Virus record (IMG/VR): IMGVR_UViG_3300049203_000084
Coordinates: 1-62,151 of that record
Length of the DNA: 62,151 bases
Reading direction: 5' to 3' (one strand)
Source: a virus
Lineage: Duplodnaviria > Caudoviricetes
Position 1 is the stretch's first letter. The number at the start of each line of letters is the position of its first letter. The notes under the pieces were generated by a model. That model worked only from the letters and a program-made list of their open reading frames with translations, made no database searches and was not told the DNA's origin. This document shows, one piece after another, positions 35,759-45,255 of the stretch. Both the position numbers and the translations under genes were made by a program.

Positions 35759-37911
35759 GGGTCTACCTGAGCAGCGCCGATGTCGTGACGCCTCAGTGCC
35801 TGGAAATCCTGTCACGGGTCAAGAACGACACCATTCCCAACATCGAGCTGGAGTTCAGCAAGATCGTGGGGGAGGAACTGCCGCCCAACGCCACCGTCTT
35901 TGCGATGGGCAGCTACGCGCGCCGGGGCGATGAGCGTGTGGTCCCGGCCCCGTCCGTGGCCCAGTGCCTGACCAAGCCGGACATCCTCACCCGGCTGGGC
36001 ACGGCGTTCCGGCTCTTGGCCACCCCACCCGAGCTGCCCGAGTTCGAGTACACCGTGATCGAGGACATGGTGGACGCGATGGAGTTCTTGAACTCGATTG
36101 CGGACTACCCCAAGGTCGTGGTGGACATCGAGACCTCCGGCGACATCTCGGTGGACGAGGCTGAGCCCCGCCGCATCATCTCCATCGCCATCACAGCAGG
36201 TGGCATGAGCTATGTTTTCCCGGAGGAGCTGTGTACCGACACAGCCTTCTACTTCGACTTCTGCGCGTTCATGGAGCGCAATGGCATCATCGCCGTCAAC
36301 GGCAAGTTCGACCTGAAGTATTTCCCCGACTCCAAGGTCCGGTTCGTCCGCGACACCCAGCTGGCACACTACGCACTGTTCCCGGCTGCCGGACAGCATG
36401 ACCTGAAGAACACCACCAAGAAATACTTCGGCTTCGAGGACTGGGACGAGGCCACCAAGCAGTACACCAAGAAGGCCACCTACGAGGAGGCGTGGCGGGA
36501 CGAGGAGACAGGCGCGCGGGCCGACGCCCGCAGCTACTCTGCCGGGTCCGGCTACGAGCGCATCCCCCGTGACCTGCTCTACCGCTACAACGCCTTCGAC
36601 GTGTACGCCACATGGCACTGGGATGTCCTCATGGAGGAGTACCTTGCCGATGACCCCGACTCCCAGCGGGTGCTCGAACTGCTGATGAAGCTCTCGGACA
36701 TGTTCATGGGCGTGGAGAAGCGCGGCATCCGGCTGGACATCCCCTATCTGGAGGAACTGTCCGGCATCCTGACCAAGGAGAAGGCCGAGGCCGAGGCCAA
36801 GCTGAACGAGATTGCCGAGCAGGCCATCAACCCCCGCTCGCCCAAGCAGGTCAAGGAGTGGTTCGAGGCTCACGGCGTGAACCTGAAGGGCACGGCTGAG
36901 GGCGTCCTGAACGACTTCCTGGACGGGGAGGAGCACGAGTCTCAGGAGGCGGATTTCGCCCGTCAGATTCTTGTGTGCCGGGACTACACCAAGCAGCTGG
37001 GCACCTATGTGGACGGCTACCGGAATCAGGCCGACGCCAATGGCATCGTCCGGCCCGGATACAAGCTCACCGCGTCCACCACGGGCCGTCTGGGCGGTCA
37101 GGGAGCCTCCATGCTCACCCTGCCCCGTGACAAGCGTCTGAAGAAGATGGTGCTGCCCTTCCAGGACAACCACTTCGTGGTGGGCGCTGACCTCTCGCAG
37201 GCCGAGCTGCGCGTGATGGCCTGTGAGTCGATGGACGAGTGGCTGATCGAGGCGTTCCAGCCCGGTGCGCCGGACTTCTTCGACAACCTGCTCACGCAGG
37301 CCTACCCCCGCACGGACTGGTTCGACCTCCACGGCTGTGTCAGCGAGCACACCGCCACGGAGGAGCAGACCAACTTCTACAACAACAAGCGCGCCAGCAT
37401 GAAGGGCGTGGTGTACGGGAAGTCCTTCAACCGTGGTGAGAAGGCCATCGCCAAGGCCCTGAAGATCACGCTGGACGAGGCAATCCGCCTCAGCGATGCC
37501 TTCATCCGGCCCGGTTCGATGTTCGCCCTGTGGCGCGAGGAAATCACCGAGCGCGCCATCAACGGCGAGTCCATCGTGACCAAGTTCGGCAGGCACTTCC
37601 AGTCCGAACTCATCACCCCGAAGAACCGCCAGAGCGTCATCAACGGCGCGCTGGCTTTCACCTCGCAGTCCACGGCCAACGACATCTGCCTGACGGCAGC
37701 CCTGGAGGTCAACAAGTGCCTCCCGGCCTACGGGGCACACCTCATGGGGACAGTTCACGACGCAATTTATGTGTCTGCTCCCAAAGCAGAGGTCGAACTG
37801 GTGGGGCACGTTTTGGTGCGAGAGCTGGCCAAGGCTGGGGATGCCGTCTACGGCGGGCTGGTCCCATTCGCGGCAGACTCGGGCTCGGGAGAAAATCTCG
37901 CAGCCGTCTAA
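35755..37911 (+). CDS. polA: Family A DNA polymerase with 3'-5' exonuclease
   Basis: DIETS, NGKFD, YNAFD; TTGRL, ADLSQAELR, K..VYG, VHDA. Confidence 0.93.
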   Translation: MRVYLSSADVVTPQCLEILSRVKNDTIPNIELEFSKIVGEELPPNATVFAMGSYARRGDERVVPAPSVAQCLTKPDILTRLGTAFRLLATPPELPEFEYTVIEDMVDAMEFLNSIADYPKVVVDIETSGDISVDEAEPRRIISIAITAGGMSYVFPEELCTDTAFYFDFCAFMERNGIIAVNGKFDLKYFPDSKVRFVRDTQLAHYALFPAAGQHDLKNTTKKYFGFEDWDEATKQYTKKATYEEAWRDEETGARADARSYSAGSGYERIPRDLLYRYNAFDVYATWHWDVLMEEYLADDPDSQRVLELLMKLSDMFMGVEKRGIRLDIPYLEELSGILTKEKAEAEAKLNEIAEQAINPRSPKQVKEWFEAHGVNLKGTAEGVLNDFLDGEEHESQEADFARQILVCRDYTKQLGTYVDGYRNQADANGIVRPGYKLTASTTGRLGGQGASMLTLPRDKRLKKMVLPFQDNHFVVGADLSQAELRVMACESMDEWLIEAFQPGAPDFFDNLLTQAYPRTDWFDLHGCVSEHTATEEQTNFYNNKRASMKGVVYGKSFNRGEKAIAKALKITLDEAIRLSDAFIRPGSMFALWREEITERAINGESIVTKFGRHFQSELITPKNRQSVINGALAFTSQSTANDICLTAALEVNKCLPAYGAHLMGTVHDAIYVSAPKAEVELVGHVLVRELAKAGDAVYGGLVPFAADSGSGENLAAV

Positions 37912-37979
37912 CCCTTGACACTCGTGCGCAGGGGTTACTAGATTGTTCTTTACGCAGTACAACTTACAGGGGAAAAGCA

Positions 37980-38426
37980 ATGAAGGTTCTTTGGCTCGAT
38001 CCAGGCGGGATGACGGGCGTGTGCCTGTTCAACGCAGACACCCTGAAAGTTGATCTCTTCAAGATCATTCCCAACGGGCTCACCGGCTTCCAGGAGTGGG
38101 TGGAGTTCGGAGATGTCCCCGAGCACGACGTGCTTGGCTGTGAGTCCTTCGAGCTGGAGGAGGGCACACACGGGGTGGACCTCACCCCTCTCGCCATCAT
38201 TGGCTACCTCGAATCGCTGGGGATGCCGATTGTGTGGCAGCGCCGCAACCAGCGCGGCAAAGACAAACTCATCTCGGTCTCGGTCCTGAAACGGGCCGGT
38301 CTCTATCCCAAGCGCGGGGAGTTGAAAGAGGGGCATCAGGTGGCAGCCCTCCAGCACGCACTGCGCTATCTCGTCAGTATCCGCCACCTACCCACCATTC
38401 GTTTGCTTCACCCACCACAGGAGTAA
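37980..38426 (+). CDS. RuvC-like Holliday junction resolvase
   Basis: LWLDPGGMTG, CESF, H..AA..HA. Confidence 0.75.
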   Translation: MKVLWLDPGGMTGVCLFNADTLKVDLFKIIPNGLTGFQEWVEFGDVPEHDVLGCESFELEEGTHGVDLTPLAIIGYLESLGMPIVWQRRNQRGKDKLISVSVLKRAGLYPKRGELKEGHQVAALQHALRYLVSIRHLPTIRLLHPPQE

Positions 38427-38428
38427 TC

Positions 38429-38809
38429 ATGAGCAGGTCAGTTCGGCAGGATTTTGACGTACTTCGCACGCCCCACCATGTCTACGCACGTAAGGGCGAT
38501 GTTATCGGCTACATCGGTGTGACCGTGCCCCTCTCGGACGAGCAGTTGTTCACCGTGATGGCCATCGACAACCCGGAATACGAGCGCAAGGCCATCAAGA
38601 CCGTGGTGGCCGCCACCCCGGAGGACTGGGCGCTCTACCACCAAGCCAAACGAGGCCTGCTCGCCGTCCGAGCCTACGAGGGCAGCATGGGGGCTGAGGA
38701 AGTCGAGATTCCCTGCCCCAAGCCCCGGACCGAGTACCACTTCCTGGAGACCGTGGAGGAGTGGCTGGCCCGCTGCCGGACCCTCCGGGAGGAGCAGAAG
38801 GCAGCATGA
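38429..38809 (+). CDS. Hypothetical protein
   Basis: CAGGAG RBS. Confidence 0.65.
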   Translation: MSRSVRQDFDVLRTPHHVYARKGDVIGYIGVTVPLSDEQLFTVMAIDNPEYERKAIKTVVAATPEDWALYHQAKRGLLAVRAYEGSMGAEEVEIPCPKPRTEYHFLETVEEWLARCRTLREEQKAA

Positions 38810-39015
38810 AGCAGCGCGGACGCAAGCTGGCACCGGAGCGTAAGGCGCTGCTCGACGCAGCTGTGGCAGATGGCTGGCCCATACGGCAGATCATCGCCAC
38901 CCACGGCATCGGCACCGCAACGGTGAAGAAGCACTACCCCGAGTACCGGGGCCAAGCACGAGAAGAAACTGACGCCATCCACAGGATGCGCCTGACCGAA
39001 AGGTACGCAGCATGA
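38806..39015 (+). CDS. Small HTH protein, paralog 1
   Basis: LAPERKALLD..V.DGWP..HG....TV..HYPEYRG. Confidence 0.65.
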   Translation: MKQRGRKLAPERKALLDAAVADGWPIRQIIATHGIGTATVKKHYPEYRGQAREETDAIHRMRLTERYAA

Positions 39016-39470
39016 AACCACCCGCAGTCATCTTCGACATGGACGGCACACTGTGTGATGTCAGCAGCGTCCGCCACCACATCCTGGATCGCCGTCGCCG
39101 GAACTACCACGCCTTCCACTACCTCTCGGTCTTCTGCCCGCCCATCGAGTGGGTGCGAGACCGGGCCATTGACTACAACATCGAGGGCGTCACCGTCCTC
39201 GTGGTCACGGCCCGGAGGGAGCAGTGGCGGCACCTTACGGAGGCGTGGTTGTTCCAGCACAATATCCCTCACAGTGGGCTCCTCATGCGGGCGCAGGACG
39301 ATGACCGCAAGGACAAGCTGGTCAAGAGCGACATCCTGGACTCGCTGCTGGAGACCCACGACATCCAGCACGCCTACGATGACAATCCATCTATCATCGA
39401 GCTTTGGCAGGAGCGCGGGATTCCCCACACCGTGGTCCCCGGCTGGGCAGAGGAGTACATTTCAGCATGA
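39012..39470 (+). CDS. HAD phosphatase (PNKP/PseT 3'-phosphatase-like)
   Basis: IFDMDGTL, VTAR, MR..DDRKD..VK, YDD. Confidence 0.85.
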   Translation: MKPPAVIFDMDGTLCDVSSVRHHILDRRRRNYHAFHYLSVFCPPIEWVRDRAIDYNIEGVTVLVVTARREQWRHLTEAWLFQHNIPHSGLLMRAQDDDRKDKLVKSDILDSLLETHDIQHAYDDNPSIIELWQERGIPHTVVPGWAEEYISA

Positions 39471-39542
39471 GCGCCGAGACAATCACCAAGGACCACCGAG
39501 GGTTCGTAATCGAGACCCGTGAGAAGCACGAGGATCACGGCG

Positions 39543-39794
39543 ATGCCCAACACGCTGACGCCTGAGCGCAAGGCTCTCCTGGACGAGCTGGTCAAGGACG
39601 GCTGGCCTCTGATCGAGATGCACCGGACCCACCGCTTCAGCTGGGACACGGTGCGCCGTCACCACCCGGACTACCGGGGGATGGACCAGACGGAGGCTGC
39701 CAAGCTCGGCAACACGGCGCGGCAGGTAACACTGGCAATAAGACGGAGACGCCCAACGAGGCGTGGTACGCTCACTCTTGCAACCTTGAAGTAG
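39543..39794 (+). CDS. Small HTH protein, paralog 2
   Basis: LTPERKALLD..VKDGWP..TV..HHPDYRG. Confidence 0.65.
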   Translation: MPNTLTPERKALLDELVKDGWPLIEMHRTHRFSWDTVRRHHPDYRGMDQTEAAKLGNTARQVTLAIRRRRPTRRGTLTLATLK

Positions 39795-39814
39795 AAAAGC
39801 AGGGTGTATCTAGG

Positions 39815-39848
39815 AAAGGCCCCCACCGAAAGGTGAGGGCCTTTTCTT
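39815..39848. terminator. Terminator between convergent operons
   Basis: AAAGGCCC-CACC-GAAA-GGTG-GGGCCTTTT. Confidence 0.75.
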
Positions 39849-40731
39849 ATGTCTCCTGGACGTACTGGTTGGGGTCCACCCACAGCGGGTCCAGCTCGAT
39901 CACGTTGTTCCGGGGATCGACCTCGTGGAACTCCGGCAGCTTGTTCCGGTAGCGGGTGTTGTAGTGCTTGTGGATCACCTCAGCTGCGGCCCAGCCCACG
40001 GTGCCTCCCTTGGCGTCCTTCAGCGTCCGTGCCTGCGCCGTGAGGTGACGTGGCACCTGACCCTGCAGAATGAACTCCAGGCGCTCGAACTCGATGCGCT
40101 TGCCGAAAGTGGCGATGAAGATGCCCAGACCCTCCATGATGGCGCGCGAGTAGGTGTTCCTGTCGTTCTTGTCGCCGTAGGAGCGGTGCAGGGTGCGGAT
40201 CACCTTGTCCAGCAGGTCAGGGTACTCGCCTGGAGTGCGGATGGTGGCCCCTCGGAAGACCTTCTCCAGTGTGCCGACAGCGGAGATGACGTTGAGGCTG
40301 GAGTTGTTCGCACTCTGCACGTTCAGACCGTAGGCGCTGAGCACCTTGTTGATGGCGACGGCGGCAGGTTCCTCCTCGGTCACGCGGACCTTGAAGGACT
40401 CGATGGCGCTGACCGGGCGCATCTTGTTGTGGGTGCGAAACAGCTTGGCCTCCTCCTGCAGCGTGAGCCCGGTGAAGACCTTGGTGTCGAGCAGGCCAGT
40501 GTAGTTGGCCATCCGGCAGGCTGCCATGCGGTGGCGTCCGTCGATGACGTAGGTGTGGCCGTCGATTCGTTTTGAGGCAATAAGAAGGCCCAGAGCGGAC
40601 GGCTGAAGGTCTTCAGCTATCGCCTGGGCGCGCTTCTCATCCAGCTTCCGCTGGACCCGCTCGTCAACACTGAAAGCGGTGGCTGGCAGTTGCTCCAGCC
40701 TGTTGGGCTTGTTCAAAAGGTCGATAGTCAA
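39847..40731 (-). CDS. ParB/Srx-like N-terminal domain protein
   Basis: VDERVQR..YVIDGRHRM..EEAKLF..N. Confidence 0.75.
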   Translation of the reverse strand: MTIDLLNKPNRLEQLPATAFSVDERVQRKLDEKRAQAIAEDLQPSALGLLIASKRIDGHTYVIDGRHRMAACRMANYTGLLDTKVFTGLTLQEEAKLFRTHNKMRPVSAIESFKVRVTEEEPAAVAINKVLSAYGLNVQSANNSSLNVISAVGTLEKVFRGATIRTPGEYPDLLDKVIRTLHRSYGDKNDRNTYSRAIMEGLGIFIATFGKRIEFERLEFILQGQVPRHLTAQARTLKDAKGGTVGWAAAEVIHKHYNTRYRNKLPEFHEVDPRNNVIELDPLWVDPNQYVQET

Positions 40732-40779
40732 GGTTGCTCCCCCTCGTGGCGTGTATAAACCCCACCAGAATAGAGCATC

Positions 40780-41976
40780 TTATTGGCGAGTATTGCCTTC
40801 GAGCTTTTTTACGTCGATCAATTTGCCATCCTCGACGGTGAAAACGAGGAGACCGGGGGAAGACCAGATGCCCGTAATGTTGGTGAACCAGTCCGAACCG
40901 TTGTCGGCGGCAGGGCACTGGAGCCACGTCTGGTTGGCGAGAATTGTCTTCAATTGGTAGCTGTGGAAATGCCCTGAGACAAACAATTCCGCCTGCGCCA
41001 GGGCTTGTTTTCCGGCGACTTGGCCCGCAATGAATTTCGGCACACCGTCCGCATTGTTGCTCTGGTGGCCGTGGAAAAAGCCGGTGTTGAGCCCTCCAAC
41101 GTTGAGCACCAGAGTCTCGCGGTGCGTCTCGGGATAGGCGAACTTCACATGCCCGTAGGCGTCCGAATTGAGGGAGAAGGCATCCTGGACGCTGGCCACG
41201 ATGTCGAGCCCGAAGTCGGCACTCGCATTGCCCTGCGCCTTGCCGTTCTCGCGCCACTGCATGTGGTTGCTCGGGACTCCGAAGACATCCATCTCGGGGA
41301 CCATGCGCGAGAACATGTCGGCCCCGTACATGAACAGGCGGCGGGCCACCCTGATCTGCTCGGGGAAGGAGAGGTCATTGGTGTGTTTCTGGGAGGAGGA
41401 GTTCTGCGTGTTCTCGCAGGCGTCCCCGAGGTCTCCGAAGACTATCTTTGAGGCCTTTTGCAGGCGCACATAGTCTTGGGCTTGGTGGAAAAGATCGCCC
41501 ACACGATGTTCAGTATCAACCGTCCCGCCACCTGTGTGCTGAGCCTTCCCAACTTGCGGATCGGCGTAGCAGATGGCGACAGTGCGTTGACGAACACCGC
41601 TGGGACTGACGGCCTTGGGCTTGCGTTTGAGTGCTGCTGCATAGTCTCTGAACTCCCTGATCTGGTGCGTGTATGCGGTGCGGACCACCTTGAAGCGGTA
41701 GGTCCAGTTGGGCCGGGTGACGGCGAGTTCCTGATCCACGGAGTCGCGGGTCCAGGCGTTCATGTTCTTCTTGGCCTCGACCAGCTGCAGCTCGTAGCCG
41801 TCAGGGATCGGCACACCAAGGTCGGCCACGATGGCGTTGAACTCAGCCGGTGTGGTGGCTGCCGGAGCCATCGGGACCGTGATGTACTCGGGGATGTTCT
41901 CGCGGTAGGTGACGACAGCCTGCTCCTTGGGAGCGAGCGGGGCCGTGACGCTGGTCAGCGTCTCGTGCAGGCTCAA
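40780..41976 (-). CDS. Calcineurin-like metallophosphoesterase/nuclease
   Basis: ADPQVG, LGDACE, SNH, HGH, GHFH; TTG start overlapping the upstream TGA. Confidence 0.8.
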   Translation of the reverse strand: MSLHETLTSVTAPLAPKEQAVVTYRENIPEYITVPMAPAATTPAEFNAIVADLGVPIPDGYELQLVEAKKNMNAWTRDSVDQELAVTRPNWTYRFKVVRTAYTHQIREFRDYAAALKRKPKAVSPSGVRQRTVAICYADPQVGKAQHTGGGTVDTEHRVGDLFHQAQDYVRLQKASKIVFGDLGDACENTQNSSSQKHTNDLSFPEQIRVARRLFMYGADMFSRMVPEMDVFGVPSNHMQWRENGKAQGNASADFGLDIVASVQDAFSLNSDAYGHVKFAYPETHRETLVLNVGGLNTGFFHGHQSNNADGVPKFIAGQVAGKQALAQAELFVSGHFHSYQLKTILANQTWLQCPAADNGSDWFTNITGIWSSPGLLVFTVEDGKLIDVKKLEGNTRQ

Positions 41977-42230
41977 AGCCCGTCCACTTCCGTGGCAGAG
42001 TTCCTGCGCCGCCATTCGGCCACGGAGCTGTCCTTGACGACATCGCGGGAGTGGCACTCTGCTCTGAGAGCCTTTGTGAGCGCCGCCGAGGAGATGTTCT
42101 CGTTGTGGAGCGCCGCCAGGAGCGTCTTGCCGTCCTCGGTGCCCTCCCACTTCTCCAGCAGGATGTCCACGCGGTTCTTTGGTGCTACGGAGTTCCCGGT
42201 GATTGCCGAGAGGGTATCGCTAAGGGCCAT
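41973..42230 (-). CDS. Hypothetical protein (HTH-like)
   Basis: GAGGAGCAC RBS. Confidence 0.7.
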   Translation of the reverse strand: MALSDTLSAITGNSVAPKNRVDILLEKWEGTEDGKTLLAALHNENISSAALTKALRAECHSRDVVKDSSVAEWRRRNSATEVDGL

Positions 42231-42302
42231 TGAGTGCTCCTCAAACAAAGAATGGGCTACAAACCTGTGTAGGTTCATAGCCCATTCTAGCAAGGTAGTA
42301 AG

Positions 42303-42566
42303 TTATACAGCTTTGTCGGTGGCAAGCCACGGGATGTGGGTGCGGATCAGCGCGTCCACAACGGGCAGCGCCATGACGCGGGTGATGCCGGAGGCGATGG
42401 CCAGCGAGGTGCCCACCCACTCGATACCGGGGTCAATTCCCGCCGCTCCGACAATGAGCGCCCAGCCGCCAGCGAGGCCCACGAGGAACTGAAAGGCCGA
42501 GCGGACGGTGGTGCGCCACGGGTGCTTGGTCTGGGTGCTCGGGGATTCGGCTTCGTACCTGCCCAT
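42303..42566 (-). CDS. Holin
   Basis: HPWRTTVRSAFQ plus two TM segments and ITRVMALP; follows the endolysin. Confidence 0.75.
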   Translation of the reverse strand: MGRYEAESPSTQTKHPWRTTVRSAFQFLVGLAGGWALIVGAAGIDPGIEWVGTSLAIASGITRVMALPVVDALIRTHIPWLATDKAV

Positions 42567-42570
42567 TGCC

Positions 42571-43374
42571 CTAGCCCTTCATCCGGCTGGCTGCGTCATC
42601 GTTCACTGCCTTGGCGATGGCGTTGTAGTCAATGACCACGCCCTGCGCCACGGAGAGCTGCTTGACCAGTTCCCGGAGCGCCACCACCTCGGGCATGAGC
42701 CATGCTGCCGTGTTCTCCACGATCTTGTTGTTGTCGTGGCGGGCTTCGGCAAGGAACGCGCCGAGGTTGATCTGTCCGCCCGTTACGGCGTCCACCTTGA
42801 AGTCCAGGATTGCTCGGGCGATTTCGTTTGCAGAGGGCATGTCATCCTCCTCGGATGTTGTGATGGTCCCTGCGGATGCAAGGTTGATGGAGCCGTCCCA
42901 GTATTCGGTCATGTAGAGACGGGGGTTGACCCGGCCATAGGTGTTGGTGCCGAGGTTGTAGTTCGGAGGCAGGGCACCGACGTGGCAGTGCGGGCCGGTA
43001 CTGATTCCGGTGTTCCCGTCCGTGTTGCCGGTAATGGCGATGATCTGTCCGGCCTGTACGCGCTGGCCTGCGCTGACGAGAATCCGGGAGTTGTGGCCGT
43101 ACTCGAAGTAGGGGCCTTCTGCGCCGTCCATGTTCAGGACAACCATGAGCCCGCCATAGTGGAGGTTCCAGCCGAAGTTGTCCTCATAGGTGGAGTCGAA
43201 CTGTCCGGCAAACACCACCTCGCCGTCGCCAGCGGCCCGGACAGGTGTGCCCACAGGCGTCAGCCAGTCGTCACCGTTGTGCCCGCCTGCGGGGTTGGGG
43301 CCAAGTCCGGGGTTCCAGCCGAACTGCTGGCCCAGCCGGATGGTCCGGTCAAAGGGGAGGTAGTAGCCGCCCAT
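42571..43374 (-). CDS. Endolysin, M23 peptidase
   Basis: HNGDD, YGHN, GNT..STGPHCH. Confidence 0.9.
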   Translation of the reverse strand: MGGYYLPFDRTIRLGQQFGWNPGLGPNPAGGHNGDDWLTPVGTPVRAAGDGEVVFAGQFDSTYEDNFGWNLHYGGLMVVLNMDGAEGPYFEYGHNSRILVSAGQRVQAGQIIAITGNTDGNTGISTGPHCHVGALPPNYNLGTNTYGRVNPRLYMTEYWDGSINLASAGTITTSEEDDMPSANEIARAILDFKVDAVTGGQINLGAFLAEARHDNNKIVENTAAWLMPEVVALRELVKQLSVAQGVVIDYNAIAKAVNDDAASRMKG

Positions 43375-43376
43375 GC

Positions 43377-43799
43377 TCAGACTCCTGGTGTGGTGACAGT
43401 GATGTTGGTCTGTACTGCGGGGCAGGACTCGATGTGATCGTCCAGCTTCTTCTCGGTGCGGTTCACAGCATCTGCGAGGGATGAGCCGGAGTTGGGGTGC
43501 ATCTCGTGGTCCAGCTTGTCGATGATGGGGCCGTACTTCTCGAAGAAGGCATCGGCCTTGCTCTGGTGCGTTGCGGAGGCGGTCTGTGAGGTCTCGATGT
43601 TGGCTACCCGCTCCATCATTCCGGGGCGTCCCGGCACACCGGGCCTCTCGGGCTCGCCATTCCAGTCTTCAAGGAAGTGCTCGATGCCTTTTGTCGGGGG
43701 CCTGAGATACTTCCAGACCAGTGCCCCGAGGAACCCTGCCACACAAAAGGCCCCGAGAACGGGCGAGACTGAAATAATGTCGCTGATCCACTGGGGCAT
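43377..43799 (-). CDS. Membrane protein of the lysis cassette
   Basis: N-terminal TM; DWNGEP.RPGVPGRPG; PNSGSSL.DAV. Confidence 0.7.
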   Translation of the reverse strand: MPQWISDIISVSPVLGAFCVAGFLGALVWKYLRPPTKGIEHFLEDWNGEPERPGVPGRPGMMERVANIETSQTASATHQSKADAFFEKYGPIIDKLDHEMHPNSGSSLADAVNRTEKKLDDHIESCPAVQTNITVTTPGV

Positions 43800-43880
43800 T
43801 TACATCCCCGCCAATGCGAAATTCATAATTCTCCCTGTAGAAAAGATGTATCTAAACACCAATTCTACAGGGAGGACTAT

Positions 43881-44480
43881 TTAGGTCGCGTAGATGAGGG
43901 CTAGGGAGAGCATTGCGTCCTGCACGGTGAGCGAGCCGATGTGGTCCAGGCCGACGCCGATCTGCAGGTAAACGGTATCGCCCTCGGTCAGATAGCGGGT
44001 GTCGAATACACGCCCGCTGGAGTAGGACTCGGTGGTGGTTGCGCCGTAATCCGGCAGGCCGAAGATGCCGGTGTTGGTGGCACCGATGAAGTCCCAGGCA
44101 TCAGGGCCTGTGGGACCGGGCCGCAGGGTGATCTGGCCGGTGATGTTGTAGAAGCCGCTGACCTGAATCAGAGCGTAGCCGCCCTCCATCTCGATTCCGT
44201 TGGCGTGGTTGCCGGGAGCGAAGTCGGGCTCGGGATCGCGGGAGCCGGTGTAGCCGCCCACGGTCAGCGGCACCACCATAGGCACGGTGTCTCCTGTCGT
44301 GCTGACTACATCGAACACGTCAGGAGCCGTGGCGCGCAGGCTCACGCGCTGCTCCTGCTTGTTCATGCGCTCCCCGAGGCCGTTCATGATGGAGTCAGCC
44401 ATCGCGGCTGACCACACCTCGGGGTCCATCTTGTCGAACTCGTCCGGTGTCCAGATACCGGCTGCGTTTGTAACTCCCAT
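43881..44480 (-). CDS. Minor tail protein
   Basis: End of the tail module; beta-rich. Confidence 0.65.
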   Translation of the reverse strand: MGVTNAAGIWTPDEFDKMDPEVWSAAMADSIMNGLGERMNKQEQRVSLRATAPDVFDVVSTTGDTVPMVVPLTVGGYTGSRDPEPDFAPGNHANGIEMEGGYALIQVSGFYNITGQITLRPGPTGPDAWDFIGATNTGIFGLPDYGATTTESYSSGRVFDTRYLTEGDTVYLQIGVGLDHIGSLTVQDAMLSLALIYAT

Positions 44481-44493
44481 GATTCAGTCCTTC

Positions 44494-45255
44494 CTAGACT
44501 GCCGTGCCGATAAGGTTGACCCACGCTGTGCCGTTCCACAGGATGGGGATGCCGAGGTCATCGTCATAGACCATCGAGGCAAGATCGTTGGTGCTGCTCC
44601 CAAGGTCTGCGGGGCGTGTGGCTGTTGTGCAGCGGGGCAGGATGATGCGCGAGCAGTTGAAGCGGACACCATAGGAATACAGCGTCATGTACCCATAGGT
44701 GTTGTCGTTGTAATCCTCAGCGGAGAGGCTGATGTACGGGCGTCCGAAACCGTCATGGGACACCTCGATAAGTGCCAACGGTCCCGAGTCCCAGTTGCCG
44801 GAACCGATGAAGGCCACATCCGTGCCCCACATCTCGGCATCACCCTCTGAGGTCTGGCCCATGTAGGCCCACGTCTGGGTGGCCTCATCAATGTAGCCCT
44901 GCCCCGTCATGTCGGGGCCAAAGGTGTACGCCACCGGGATCGGGATGTTGCCCCCGGAAGCGGGCGTGGCAGGCAACCACCGCTGGTCCATCTGGCTCCA
45001 GGTCAGCACCTGCTTGTCCGCGACGTTGTAGGTCTGCACGTCCGCGAGGCTGGAGAGCTTCTGGCCCACAGGGTTCTGCACACTGGGGGCAGCGCCTGCG
45101 TTGATGTTGCGCTTGGGGTTGGAGTAGTCCAGACCTGCATTCTCACAGAGGCGCTTGACCACCTCCTTCAGGTGCCGGTTCTCCTCCATGAGGGCATCAA
45201 CCTCTGCGGCCCACGCCTGTGAGCCTCCCGGCAAATCCTTGTGGTTCTTAGGCAT
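44494..45255 (-). CDS. Minor tail protein
   Basis: Coiled N-terminus, LSSLADV..VLTW..W fibre motif. Confidence 0.65.
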   Translation of the reverse strand: MPKNHKDLPGGSQAWAAEVDALMEENRHLKEVVKRLCENAGLDYSNPKRNINAGAAPSVQNPVGQKLSSLADVQTYNVADKQVLTWSQMDQRWLPATPASGGNIPIPVAYTFGPDMTGQGYIDEATQTWAYMGQTSEGDAEMWGTDVAFIGSGNWDSGPLALIEVSHDGFGRPYISLSAEDYNDNTYGYMTLYSYGVRFNCSRIILPRCTTATRPADLGSSTNDLASMVYDDDLGIPILWNGTAWVNLIGTAV

